In this document: one piece after another, positions 17,400-28,181 of the stretch
Position numbering within the stretch: position 1 is the first letter of the stretch
Layout of the letters: each line of letters opens with the position of its first letter
Source of the DNA: an uncultured Enterobacterales bacterium
GTDB lineage: Bacteria; Myxococcota_A; UBA796; CAJQPC01
NCBI GenBank assembly: GCA_964604675.1
Contig: CAZSAT010000001.1
Location: 29,110 to 93,109, forward strand
Length of the DNA stretch: 64,000 bases
Direction: 5' to 3'
The notes under the pieces: model-generated
What the model was told of the DNA's origin: nothing
The model's database searches: none
Seen by the model: only the letters and a program-made list of their open reading frames with translations
Position numbers and translations under genes: made by a program

Positions 17400-18091
17400 T
17401 CCTGCTCCTCGCTTGCGCCACCCCTACCTCGGACACCGCCGAGCCCCAGGGCAACGGCCCGACCCTGAGCGAGGTCAGCTACGCGGTGACGTGGGACGCC
17501 GAGGGGATCGAGCGGACCGTCAACGGCCTCGAGGTCCGCAACGATCTGGGCTGGACCTTCGAGGTCGACGAGGCCTGGGTGGTGGACAGGGCCTGGCAGC
17601 TCACGGCCTGTGAAGAGGAGCTCGCGCTGGTCTTCCCCGTCTGGCTCGGCCTGGCCCGAGCAGGTCATGGAGACGACGACGTGTCGGTGCTCACCGCGCC
17701 CGTGGCGTCGGACCTGATCGCAGACGGCACGGTGCACCTCGACACCGTCACCTTCACCGACACGGCCTACTGCACCGTGCACGTGCTGAGTGCCTACGCC
17801 ACGAGCGACACCCTGGGCCTGCCGGGCGACCCCGACCTGGTGGGCTACACCCTCTGGATCCAGGGCACCGCACGGCGCGACGACACGACCGTCGAGCTCG
17901 ACCTCAGCTCCGCTTCGGCCGACGGCGCGCTCTACGATCTTCCCTCCGGAGGGTACGGCGGACTGGACGTGCACGTGACCCGGTCGATCGCGGGCCTCTT
18001 CGACGGCGTCGACCCCACCAACGACGACGCGGGCCGTGTGGCGCTCGCCAACCTCGTCGACCAGCAGCTGGTGGAGCTCACGCTGCGATGA
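17396..18091 (+). CDS. lipoprotein of unknown function
   Basis: The GTG start overlaps the upstream stop (GTGA at 17396-17399). The leader is (M)ILLLAC. It is a 231-aa acidic protein with high GC3 and no family I recognise. Confidence 0.72.
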   Translation: MILLLACATPTSDTAEPQGNGPTLSEVSYAVTWDAEGIERTVNGLEVRNDLGWTFEVDEAWVVDRAWQLTACEEELALVFPVWLGLARAGHGDDDVSVLTAPVASDLIADGTVHLDTVTFTDTAYCTVHVLSAYATSDTLGLPGDPDLVGYTLWIQGTARRDDTTVELDLSSASADGALYDLPSGGYGGLDVHVTRSIAGLFDGVDPTNDDAGRVALANLVDQQLVELTLR

Positions 18092-19241
18092 AGAACCTCC
18101 CGCGCATCGGACTGCTGGCCGTGGCCGCCCTGCTCGGCGTGCTGATGGTCGGCATGAGCACGTGGAGCCACGTCGGGGTGAAGCAGCGGGCGAACGAGCT
18201 CGCGCGGGGGCAAGGCGACGTGCTCGGACACCGGGTGCAGGACGCGCTGGAGGCCGGGCGCTCCATGGACGGAACCGTCACGGCCCTCGCCGATCAGGGA
18301 CTCGTCTGGGCGGCCATCGTCGGCCCCGGGGGCGTGGTGCTCGACGAGGCGGGCGCGCGCAGCGAAGGCGGTCAGCTCCCGGGTCCCGAGGAGCGCTTCG
18401 TCGACCTGGGCGACACGGTGCGCGTGTTCCTCCCGCCGGAGCACCCTCCCCACGAGAGCCCGGGCCCGCCCAGCGCGGTGGTGCTGGAGTACGAGCCCAC
18501 CTACGCTGCGGAGCTCGAGCAACGCAGCGCGGGCGTGATGGTCGTGAGCGGCACCTCCGCCGCGATCCTGCTCTGGGCGGCGAGCCTGTTCTGGATCGCG
18601 TGGCGCCGCGCGGAGGCTGCGGAGCTCGAGATGGCGCGCACCCGCCACCTCACCAGCCTGGGGCAGGTCTCCGCCGTGCTCGCCCACGAGATCAAGAACC
18701 CGCTGGCCGCTCTGAAGGGGCACGCCCAGCTCCTGGAGGAGGGGCTGGAAGGGCCCAGGCTCGAACGCGCCCAGCGGGTGGTGCGGGAGGCCGAGCGGCT
18801 GGAGGCCTTGACTCGGAGCCTGCTGGCCTTCGCACGCACCGCCCAGCTCGACCCGGAGCCGACCGACGTGGGCGCCCTGTGCCGGGCCTTCTCCAGCGAC
18901 GACGTGACGGTCACCGGCCAGGCCACCTGGACCCTGGACCCCGAACGGATGCGACGGGTGCTGGCCAACCTCATCGACAACGGCCGGCAGGCCGGCGGGC
19001 CGGTGACGGTGGACATCGACGCGGGGGCCACCCTGGCCCTCCGCGTGCGGGACCATGGTCCCGGCGTGCCCGCGGACGAGCGGGAGCGCATCTTCGAGCC
19101 CTTCCACACCACGCGGAGCCAGGGCACCGGGCTGGGCCTCGCGGTGGTGCGACGCATCGTGCACCTGCACGGCGGTACCGTCACCGTGCTCGCTCACCCC
19201 GACGGCGGCGCCGTCTTCCTGCTCGAACTTCCGGAGGGCCC

Positions 19242-19257
<16 letters not shown>
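18088..19257 (+). CDS. sensor histidine kinase
   Basis: Two TM segments flank a periplasmic region of about 120 aa. H-box [16 protein letters not shown]-box [12 protein letters not shown]-boxes RDHGPGVP and [13 protein letters not shown] overlap at 18088-18091. Confidence 0.9.
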
Positions 19258-20561
<1,304 letters not shown>

Positions 20562-20603
20562 CCGAGGCCGCCGCCCGGCGTCGGCATCGGGCACACTGAG
20601 CCG

Positions 20604-21068
20604 ATGCTCCTCCTGCTCGCCTGCGCCACCCTCCCCCTGACGGGCGGCAGCGACACCGCGCCCGACGCAGCGGACTTCGACTGGACAGCAGACGAGCAGA
20701 CGATCCACGACCTCGTCAACGCCCACCGGGTGGGTCTGGGCCTGGGCGAGCTGAGCCTGGACGGCGCGATCGGACCGCCCACGCGGGGTCACAGCGACGA
20801 CATGTTGAGCGGCGACGTCGCCTTCAGCCACGACGGGTTCGAGGATCGTGTGGCCGAGATCGAAGGCGGCATCGACCTGGTCGGTGCCGGCGAGAACGTC
20901 GGCTACGTACAGGGCTACGACGAGCCCGCGGAAGCCCTGGTCGCGGGGTGGCTCCAGAGCCCGGGCCACCGCGAGAACATCGAGGGCGACTGGGACCTGA
21001 CGGGGGTCGGGATCGCTGCGGACGGAAGCACGGTCTACGCCACGCAGATCTTCGTGAAGAGCCGCTAG
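20604..21068 (+). CDS. CAP/SCP (YkwD-like) domain lipoprotein
   Basis: MLLLLAC leader. LVNAHRVGLGLGELSLD...HSDDM...FSHDGF, GENVGY and WLQSPGHRENI. Confidence 0.85.
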   Translation: MLLLLACATLPLTGGSDTAPDAADFDWTADEQTIHDLVNAHRVGLGLGELSLDGAIGPPTRGHSDDMLSGDVAFSHDGFEDRVAEIEGGIDLVGAGENVGYVQGYDEPAEALVAGWLQSPGHRENIEGDWDLTGVGIAADGSTVYATQIFVKSR

Positions 21069-21075
21069 CGGTCGC

Positions 21076-21480
21076 TCAGCCAGCCTGCTCGGCGAGCAGG
21101 TGCTTCACGAGGCGCTCGAAGGTCGCCACCCTGAACAGCAGCGGCACCTCGGCCACCTTCAGCCCCTGCACGAACTCCTCGGTGGGCACCTCCGGCATCG
21201 CCTCGGTGAGCGCCGCGAGGCCTCGCGCCGTGAGCACGCCTTCGACCTCGTAGGGCTCGTCGCCCACCGCGTCCTGTGCCGCCTTCTCGACCCCGCCACG
21301 CGGGATCTTGATGTCGAAGGTGCGCTCCAGCCGGAACGCGATGTCGAGGAAGTCGAGGGACTCCGCGCCCAGGTCGTCGATGACCTTCGCGTCGCGGGTG
21401 ACCTCGTCGTCGTCGAGGCCGAGGGCCTCCGCGAAGGCCGATGAGACACCGAGCCAGATCTGTTCGTCGTTGGACGTCAT
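21076..21480 (-). CDS. acyl-carrier-protein-like protein with a C-terminal extension
   Basis: ACP core VIDDLGAESLDFLDIAFRLERTF, with the phosphopantetheine Ser in ESLD. The ATG at 21480 overlaps the upstream stop (ATGA at 21477-21480). An alternative ATG lies at 21489. Confidence 0.72.
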   Translation of the reverse strand: MTSNDEQIWLGVSSAFAEALGLDDDEVTRDAKVIDDLGAESLDFLDIAFRLERTFDIKIPRGGVEKAAQDAVGDEPYEVEGVLTARGLAALTEAMPEVPTEEFVQGLKVAEVPLLFRVATFERLVKHLLAEQAG

Positions 21481-22730
21481 CGCGACCATCTTCCTTCTCC
21501 GAGTTGCGAGTGGTGTGCCCGGGGCTTGCCTGGGCCCGTGTCGCCGTTTGTCACCCGCCGACGCCACAAGAGCGCCAGCGCCGGCCACCAGGCCATCGAG
21601 AGTCCCGCTGCGCTGCAGCCGGTCTGCTGCTCCGAGTACACCGCCGGCCGGCCCGGCGCGCTCGGTCCAGAGGTGTCGCCCTCCACCACGCTCGGCTCGT
21701 AGCCGTCGTAGCTTCCGAGCAGGTCGTTCGAACCACCGTCCCCGCCATCGCCGCCGTCCCCGCCGTCCCCGCCGTCCCCGCCGTCGCCGCCGTCCCCGCC
21801 ATCGCCGCCGTCACCGCCGTCGCCACCCGTGCCGGTGCCCGGGTAGAGGCTGCACAGCCCTTCGATGTCGTCGTCGTGCAGGGTGCGCTGGCCGGTGCCG
21901 TTGTCGTAGGTGGGGGTCATGGTGGCGCCGTTCACGCCTGAGTGTCCGAGGCCGAGCGCGTGGCCGAACTCGTGGGTGGCGATCGACTGGAGGTCGGCGC
22001 TGCGGCTGCCGGAGGGGTTGCCGTCGATGAAGTCGTAGTTGTCTTCGTTGAAGCTCACATCGGCTTCGATGAGCTCGCCGCCGCTCGAGATCGTGACCGT
22101 CAGCCCGAGGGTGCCGTTGCCGCTGCCGTAGCTCGACGGCCAGCTCGAGAGGAAGCCCACGACGTTGTAGCCATCGCCGTTGTTCGACGACTTCCGGCTC
22201 GACTCCCCGAGGTAGCTGTGCCGGAACCCGGAGCAGTCGGGCGCCTGCCACACGTCCCAGCTGTCGTCGAAGATCTCGAGCACCTCGCCGTCGCCCAGGC
22301 CGGTCGACGAGTACGCGCTGTTGGCCGCCCACTGCAAGCTCGAGGGCCAGGTGGACCAGTCGCTCCACGACGCCGTCCAGGGCGGGTCGGGGTCGAGGGA
22401 TTGCACCGCCAGGCCCGGCAGCACCGGCACCCCGTCGGGGCCGAGGAACAGGCGCACACGCTGGCCGGGCTCCAGGACCGGGGCGCCGACCACGCTCACG
22501 GTCAGCTCGCCGTCGGTGCCCCCCACCTGCCGCACGGTCACGAAGCGATCCTGCGCGCCCTTCTCCCAACCCGAGACCTCCACGGTGCTCTCGGTGACGA
22601 GGGTGTCGGTCCACACCGCGCGAGTCCGCACGACCTCACCGACGACGACCCGCTCGGCCTCGGCATGAAGCCGCCGGTCGTCCCAAGGCTCGACGACGGT
22701 GGCAAGAGCGGTGGCGAAGGTGATCAGCAC
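21477..22730 (-). CDS. matrixin-type zinc metalloprotease with a (GGD)10 linker and a MYXO-CTERM-like tail
   Basis: HEFGHALGLGH with a downstream Met-turn region. A (GGD)10 linker. The C-terminal QQTGCSAAGLSMAWWPALALLWRRR has a Cys, a TM helix and an Arg cluster. The start is GTG. Confidence 0.85.
   Translation of the reverse strand: MLITFATALATVVEPWDDRRLHAEAERVVVGEVVRTRAVWTDTLVTESTVEVSGWEKGAQDRFVTVRQVGGTDGELTVSVVGAPVLEPGQRVRLFLGPDGVPVLPGLAVQSLDPDPPWTASWSDWSTWPSSLQWAANSAYSSTGLGDGEVLEIFDDSWDVWQAPDCSGFRHSYLGESSRKSSNNGDGYNVVGFLSSWPSSYGSGNGTLGLTVTISSGGELIEADVSFNEDNYDFIDGNPSGSRSADLQSIATHEFGHALGLGHSGVNGATMTPTYDNGTGQRTLHDDDIEGLCSLYPGTGTGGDGGDGGDGGDGGDGGDGGDGGDGGDGGDGGSNDLLGSYDGYEPSVVEGDTSGPSAPGRPAVYSEQQTGCSAAGLSMAWWPALALLWRRRVTNGDTGPGKPRAHHSQLGEGRWSR
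21732..21827 (-). repeat. 9-bp tandem repeat, about 10.7 copies, encoding (GGD)n
   Basis: The plus strand reads [A/C/G]CC-[A/G]CC-[G/A]TC repeated from 21732 to 21821, plus GCCACC. In-frame translation on the minus strand gives GGDGGDGGD... Confidence 0.92.
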
Positions 22731-22783
22731 GGGCGCCCACTATGGCCAATGCGAGCCGCCCATCTTTCAAAGGGAGTGTCAGA

Positions 22784-25504
22784 TCACGGAATCTCGGCCC
22801 AGCTTCCACCGACGTAGGCGAGCTCTCGGGTGGGGAAGTGCGTCAAGTCCATGCGCAGGGTGAAGCTCTCCTCCTCCAGATCGCTCAGGCGGATGCAGCG
22901 CAAGGTGACCACCTCGCGGTCTTCGAGTCCGTCGACGATGGCGCGCAGCTCGGCCACGGTGGAGACCGGCTGCTCGGCCACCTCGGTCACCATGCGGCCC
23001 GCGTTCATGCGCGCCACCTGGTTCGGGCCGCCGTGCCAGTAGCGACTGACGTAGAGCCCATCGAGCTCGCGACCCGCCCACAGGTCGACCTCGGGGTGGG
23101 GTTCGTGGAGCACCATCCCGGCCCACTCCAGCATGCGATCGGGCACCACGCCCTGGTGCTCGAAGCCGTCGACGGTGATCTCGATCTCCTCACCGTCGCG
23201 CAGGAGCCCGAGGGTGACCGGACCGGCCTGGATGGCCGCGTCGAGGTCGAGCGCCCACACCAGGGGCTCACCGTCCAGGGTGAGCAGGATGTCGCGTTCG
23301 GCCAGCACGTCCCACGCCGGCGATCCGGGCTGGAGCCGACGGATCATCGGCACGCTCGCGGGGCGGCGGGCCTTCGCGACCACCTCGAGGTGGGCCGGAT
23401 CCACCCCACGCTTGCTCGCATCCTCCAGTGTGAGGGCGCGCAACACCACGCCCAGGGTGCGATGCCGCGGGGTCTCGCCGGCCTGCAGGGCCTCCAGCGC
23501 GGGCACGATGAGCTCGCTCGGCAGGCCCATGAAGTGCACCCTGTTCTTCTTCCCGGTGTCGTACGAGAAGCCGGTCCACAGCGCCGTGATCCGGCCCCTC
23601 CGATCGGTCAGCACCCCGGCACCGTTGCGCCCATCCTCGAGGCTGACCATCTCCACGCCCTGTTGCTGGAAGCGCGGCGGGCTGGGCTCGGGCGTGCCCG
23701 GCAGGCCCATCCCGCTCACGCGGGTCTTCTTGGCAAAGACGACGTCGCCGCCAGCGAGCACCTGCCACACGGTGTCGCGCATCTCGTAGCGCTCGGAGCG
23801 GAACCTGGCCGACGCCACCTCCGTGTCGCCGATCGACGCCGGGTCGTAGCGCAGCCAGGTGAGGTCGTGGTCGGGGTGGGTCCAGACCGGCTGGGCGGCC
23901 ACCCGAAGTCGGCTCGCGAACACCAGCTCCACCGTGGCGTGCGGGCCGGGAACGGTGCTGCGGTCGACCACGACCAGGCCTTGCTCGACGTCGGCGATCA
24001 CGCCGACCCCGGTGCGCTTCTTCATGTCGCCCACCGTCGGCCCGAGCACCCAGCTCTCCACCTCGACCAACGACGGAGCCAGGGCGCGCGCACGCCGCTG
24101 CGGCTGCTTCGGGCGTGTCACCCGGCCGGTGGGCGCCTCCGCTTCGGGCGCGGCGGCGAGCGGGCGGCACGTCCATCCACCGCCGGCGAGCTCCTCACAG
24201 GCACGCCGCAGCTTCCACGTGGTGTCCCAGCTCACCGTGGTCGACGAGGTGGCGCCCACATCGTCCCACTCCTCGTAGACCACGGTCACGAACCGACCCG
24301 GAGGCACCTCGGCGAGCACCGCCTCCAGCTCGTCCAGCGTGGTGACCTCCCGCCCGTCGATGCTGTGCAGCACGGCGAAGCCCGGCAGGCCGCTGGCCTT
24401 GGCGCGCACGCCCTTGTGCGCCCAGACCAGCCCGCCGACCGGACGCGGCGCCTTGCGCGCCCAGGTCCAGCCGAAGGGGTGCACGATGTTGCCGTCGAAC
24501 TCGATCCATGCGTGCGGCACCAGGCCGTTCAGGTCGTCGACCGTGAGCTCGAGCTCCAGGGTCTTGCTTCGGCGCTGCACCCGCAGGTGGACCTCGTCCC
24601 CGACCCGGGCGTCCAACACCTCGGCGAGCTCCACGTAGCTGGACACCGGCGCGCCCTCGAGCGCCAACAGCACGTCGCCCGGCCTCAGCTGACCGTCGCC
24701 GGGACCACCCGGCACCACCGTGCCCGCGACCAGCACGCCGCGACGATCCGGAAACCGCTCGCGGAGCACGATCTCGTCGGCCTCGGTCAGGCCCAGGTCC
24801 GCTGCGTCGGCGTAGCTCTCGTAGGTCCACTCCACCTGGAGCGTGCCGCGATCCACGGCTTCTCCCGCACGGACCCGCGCCAAGGCGCGCTCGATGCGTT
24901 CGAGCGGCAGGTGGAAGCTGGACTGTTCCCCCTTCGCGCCGCCGCTGTGCAGAGCCACCACCTGGCCCTCGGCGTTGAGCACCGGGGACCCGGAGCCGCC
25001 GCCGGCCACGTCGGTCGCCGCCTGCCAGTAGAAGGTGTTCAGGTCGTAGCTGGGGGGCCCACGGTCCTTGCGCGCCAGCGTGCTCTCGTGGATGACCACC
25101 TTCTCACCGGAGTCGTTGCCGACCGACCAGATCAGGTCGCCGACCTCGGCACCGTCCACAGCGAGCTCGAGCGAGGGGGGAGACGCGAAGCGGAGCTCGG
25201 TCGGGTCATAGCGGAGGATGGCGAAGTCGTGCACCGGGTCCCGGTAGACCACCGTCAGGTCCGCTTCCTCCTCGTCGTAGAAGGTGGCGCGGTGCACCGC
25301 GGGGCCGGGCGTGGCGACGTGGCGGTTCGTCATCACCAACCCGCGCTCCGCATCGACCACCCAGCCCGTCGCCTGGCTCACGCCCGCGCCGCTCCCGTCG
25401 AAGGTGCGGGTCTTGGCGATGGAGATGCTGACCACCGCCTCGAGCGTGTGATCGATGTGATCGGTCCAGTCGGCCGCAAGGGCCAGGCCGAAGCAGAGCA
25501 GCAC
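22784..25504 (-). CDS. large HtrA/Nma111-like serine protease with PDZ domains
   Basis: Trypsin-fold triad context: MTNRHVA (His), DFAILRY (Asp), GGGSGSPVLN (Ser). A second, degenerate protease-like half and PDZ-like segments follow (GDVLLALEGAPV, VLHSIDGREVTTLDEL). I trimmed the ORF to the GTG at 25504 (VLLCFGLALAA signal). The start is uncertain. Confidence 0.78.
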   Translation of the reverse strand: MLLCFGLALAADWTDHIDHTLEAVVSISIAKTRTFDGSGAGVSQATGWVVDAERGLVMTNRHVATPGPAVHRATFYDEEEADLTVVYRDPVHDFAILRYDPTELRFASPPSLELAVDGAEVGDLIWSVGNDSGEKVVIHESTLARKDRGPPSYDLNTFYWQAATDVAGGGSGSPVLNAEGQVVALHSGGAKGEQSSFHLPLERIERALARVRAGEAVDRGTLQVEWTYESYADAADLGLTEADEIVLRERFPDRRGVLVAGTVVPGGPGDGQLRPGDVLLALEGAPVSSYVELAEVLDARVGDEVHLRVQRRSKTLELELTVDDLNGLVPHAWIEFDGNIVHPFGWTWARKAPRPVGGLVWAHKGVRAKASGLPGFAVLHSIDGREVTTLDELEAVLAEVPPGRFVTVVYEEWDDVGATSSTTVSWDTTWKLRRACEELAGGGWTCRPLAAAPEAEAPTGRVTRPKQPQRRARALAPSLVEVESWVLGPTVGDMKKRTGVGVIADVEQGLVVVDRSTVPGPHATVELVFASRLRVAAQPVWTHPDHDLTWLRYDPASIGDTEVASARFRSERYEMRDTVWQVLAGGDVVFAKKTRVSGMGLPGTPEPSPPRFQQQGVEMVSLEDGRNGAGVLTDRRGRITALWTGFSYDTGKKNRVHFMGLPSELIVPALEALQAGETPRHRTLGVVLRALTLEDASKRGVDPAHLEVVAKARRPASVPMIRRLQPGSPAWDVLAERDILLTLDGEPLVWALDLDAAIQAGPVTLGLLRDGEEIEITVDGFEHQGVVPDRMLEWAGMVLHEPHPEVDLWAGRELDGLYVSRYWHGGPNQVARMNAGRMVTEVAEQPVSTVAELRAIVDGLEDREVVTLRCIRLSDLEEESFTLRMDLTHFPTRELAYVGGSWAEIP

Positions 25505-25536
25505 GTGCGCCTCCGTCCCCGAGGGGGGTGCACTAC

Positions 25537-26526
25537 CTACGCTGGCAGCGTCAGCGCGACAATGCGCTCCTCCACGCTCAGCTGCGCATCGTCGAGGAGC
25601 AGCCGCGCCACGGCACACCCCACGTCGGCATCGTGCAGCTGCGCCTCGCCGGCGAGCTCGATGCGTGTGGCCTCCGCGGTGGTCAGCGCCGAGACCACCG
25701 CCAGCATGGCGCCGGGCGCCGGCTCGCGACGGCGCAGCAGGTTGGAGACCAGGTGAGCCAGAGCCTGCCCGACACGCTCGGGGTCGGCGACCATGGCGGC
25801 GGAAGGGGTGACGCAGCGCAGCTCGACGCGGTCTCGGTCGCCGCGCAACTCACGGTGTGCGACGTCCACCACCTCCGCCAAGGTGCACGGCACCCGGGCC
25901 GGCGCGCGGCGCGCACGCGGCAGGGCGCCCAGAGTGCGCGCGATGCCTTCCACCCGGAAGCTCCCCTCCAAGGCGTCGCGGAGCGCCTCGGCCACCTCGG
26001 GGGCGAGGCCCGGGCTGTTGAGCGCCCACAAGACGTTGTTCCGGAGGAAGGTGAGCGGGTCGTTGAGCTCGTGCGCGATGCTGCCGGCCAACAGCGAGAC
26101 CGCCGCGGCCTTGCGCGTGTCGGCGGCATCCTGCTCGAGCTCGACCTGGCGGGTGACGTCCACGATCACGCCCTGGACCCGCCCGCTGGAGGCCCGGCGC
26201 GACGCGGCGTCCACCCACACGACCCGGCCCGACTTCAACACCTGCCGCCCCCGCCAGTGCCACGTGCCGCCCACGACGGGGGCTTCGGCGTGAGAGGCCC
26301 GATCGTCGGGGTGGATCATGCGCGTGAGGGCGTGGGTGTCGCGCAGCACCTCGTCGGGCTCCAGCTCCAACAGCTCGCGCACGGAGTCGCTGATCCAGGC
26401 GAAGACGGGCTCGCCGTCCTGCTCGATCAACTCGTACAGCACCGCCGGGAGATGGGAGCTGGGCTGGAACGACGACACGTCTGCGGACCCTCGAAGCCCG
26501 TCGTGGCCTCCGAAGCGTTGTAGCAC
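25537..26526 (-). CDS. PAS-domain histidine-kinase-like protein with a degenerate ATPase domain
   Basis: PAS-like VLYELIEQDGEPVFAWISDSVRELLELEPDEVL...RGRQVLKSGRVVWVDAAS...GVIVDVT. H-box SIAHELNDPLTFL. The C-terminal region keeps an N-box-like HLVSNLL, but I could not find G1 or G2 boxes. The start is uncertain (GTG at 26526 or 26481). Confidence 0.72.
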   Translation of the reverse strand: MLQRFGGHDGLRGSADVSSFQPSSHLPAVLYELIEQDGEPVFAWISDSVRELLELEPDEVLRDTHALTRMIHPDDRASHAEAPVVGGTWHWRGRQVLKSGRVVWVDAASRRASSGRVQGVIVDVTRQVELEQDAADTRKAAAVSLLAGSIAHELNDPLTFLRNNVLWALNSPGLAPEVAEALRDALEGSFRVEGIARTLGALPRARRAPARVPCTLAEVVDVAHRELRGDRDRVELRCVTPSAAMVADPERVGQALAHLVSNLLRRREPAPGAMLAVVSALTTAEATRIELAGEAQLHDADVGCAVARLLLDDAQLSVEERIVALTLPA

Positions 26527-26588
26527 GCGCCCTCAAGCCCCCGCGACCCGCGGCCGTTTCCCTGTACAAGCCCATCGAAGGAGACAGG

Positions 26589-26708
26589 ATGCTCGTCGAT
26601 CTCGCGCTCATCGGAGCCCTCGCCGCTGTGCTCGCCCTCCACGCCGCCGAGGCGCTCACGGACGAGCGAGCACGCGCGAAGGCGCGTCACTCCACCAGGA
26701 GCTCGTAG
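26589..26708 (+). CDS. candidate 39-aa single-TM small protein
   Basis: ATG at 26589 is preceded by AAGGAGA 4 nt upstream. Translation MLVDLALIGALAAVLALHAAEALTDERARAKARHSTRSS. GC3 is high. It overlaps the 3' end of the convergent subtilase gene by 22 nt. It is shorter than any ORF listed in the supplied track. Confidence 0.35.
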   Translation: MLVDLALIGALAAVLALHAAEALTDERARAKARHSTRSS

Positions 26709-28159
26709 GGGCCCTCGTAGGCGCGGTTGCCCGCCGCGTCCGCCGAGCTCACCCAGAAGCTGTACGTGGCGCCGACACTGCCGGTGAAGCTGCGCTCGTG
26801 GGAAGGCGTGAGCTCCGCCGTGTCGCCCAGGTACCAGCCGTAGGGGTCGAACCACACGTCGGTGGTGCCGGGCTCGTCGGTCTCCCAGGTGATCCAGAAG
26901 TCGCCACCGGCGGACCCGAAGTCGACGTCGAAGAGCACCGGCTCGGTCGCGTCGGGCCCCTCTTCGATCGTGCCGTCGTCGTGATCGTCTCCGCTGTCGG
27001 GAGCCGTGCCACCGGCCTCGGCCGCCGCGAGGCCGACCGCCGCCGCGACGTCGAGCAGTCCATGGCCCCAGGAGGTGTCGTAGCCACCGCTGCCGAGGTC
27101 CTCGGCGCTCTCGCGCAGGAGCCGGCGCACCTCGGCGGGCTCCTCGATCCCCTGGGCCATCACCAGCGCCGCCGCCGCGGAGACGTGCGGCGTGGCCATG
27201 CTGGTCCCGTCCCAGGCCGAGTAGGTCCAGCTGCGCCAGCCCTGCACCTCCTGGAGGATCGAGCTGCCGGGCGCCACCAGGTCGAGTCCATCGCCCCAGT
27301 TCGTGAAGCTCGACAGGCGGTCGCTCGACGTGCTCGCTCCCACCGAGAGCACGGTCTCGATCGACGCTGGGAAGTTGATCGAGGCGGTGTCTTCGTTGCC
27401 CGCCGCCGCCACGACCACGGCGCCACGTTCCTCGGCGTGGGCGACGGCGTCGGCGATCGTGCTCGACCAACCCCACATGCCCAGGCTCATGTTGATCACG
27501 TCGGCGCCCTCGTCCGCTGCCCACTCGATGCCCGAGGCGATCGCGTAGCTCGAGCCGTAGCCGGTGTCCCCGAGGACCTTCACCGGGAGCACGCTCACCC
27601 CGGGGGCCACTCCCGCCACGCCCACGCCGTTGTCGGTGTTCTGGGCGATCGTGCCAGCCACGTGGGTGCCGTGACCGTAGCTGTCGTCCGTGTCGTCTCG
27701 GCCGTAGACCATGTCGGCGCCGTCGAGCAGGCCGTGGATGCCGTCGCTGCCGCCAGGGCTGACGCCCGTGTCGAGCACGGCGACCACCCGGCCTTCGCCG
27801 CGGCCGAGATCCCAGGCCTCGGTCACGCCTACGCGCTGCAGGTTCCACTGCGAGCCGAAGTAGGGATCGTTCGGCGCGCCTTCCGCGGCCAGCACCCAGT
27901 TGGGCTCGACGAAGCGGAAGCGGGGGTCGGCCTCGAGGCGCCTGACCGTGGCGGCCGCATGCTCCCGACCGAGGTCCACGTAGACCACACCCGTCGCCGG
28001 CAGGAAGCCGAGCTCCGAGAATCCGTAGCCCTCGATCAGCGCACGGCGCTCGCTGCGCGACAACACGCCGTCGATGCCCACGAGCAGCTCGTGCTCGACG
28101 AATCCGCCCACGAGCTCAGAGCCTGGCGCACACGCCAGAAGAACGATCCACACCACCAC
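26687..28159 (-). CDS. subtilisin-family (S8) serine peptidase lipoprotein
   Basis: Catalytic motifs VAVLDTGV (Asp), HGTHVAGTIA (His) and GTSMATPHVSAAAAL (Ser). Leader (M)VVWIVLLAC. The GTG start is preceded by GGAGG. Confidence 0.92.
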   Translation of the reverse strand: MVVWIVLLACAPGSELVGGFVEHELLVGIDGVLSRSERRALIEGYGFSELGFLPATGVVYVDLGREHAAATVRRLEADPRFRFVEPNWVLAAEGAPNDPYFGSQWNLQRVGVTEAWDLGRGEGRVVAVLDTGVSPGGSDGIHGLLDGADMVYGRDDTDDSYGHGTHVAGTIAQNTDNGVGVAGVAPGVSVLPVKVLGDTGYGSSYAIASGIEWAADEGADVINMSLGMWGWSSTIADAVAHAEERGAVVVAAAGNEDTASINFPASIETVLSVGASTSSDRLSSFTNWGDGLDLVAPGSSILQEVQGWRSWTYSAWDGTSMATPHVSAAAALVMAQGIEEPAEVRRLLRESAEDLGSGGYDTSWGHGLLDVAAAVGLAAAEAGGTAPDSGDDHDDGTIEEGPDATEPVLFDVDFGSAGGDFWITWETDEPGTTDVWFDPYGWYLGDTAELTPSHERSFTGSVGATYSFWVSSADAAGNRAYEGPYELLVE

Positions 28160-28181
28160 TGCACACCTCCGGAACCTCGGA

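Noticed and set aside
21722-21735. A GGTTCGAAC string (minus strand) resembling a tRNA T-arm.
   Set aside because: It lies inside the matrixin coding frame, where it encodes GGSND. No acceptor or anticodon stems can be drawn around it.
21732-21827. A short tandem repeat array considered as a CRISPR-like or minisatellite locus.
   Set aside because: The 9-bp units are contiguous with no spacers. They are in frame within a gene and encode a GGD linker.
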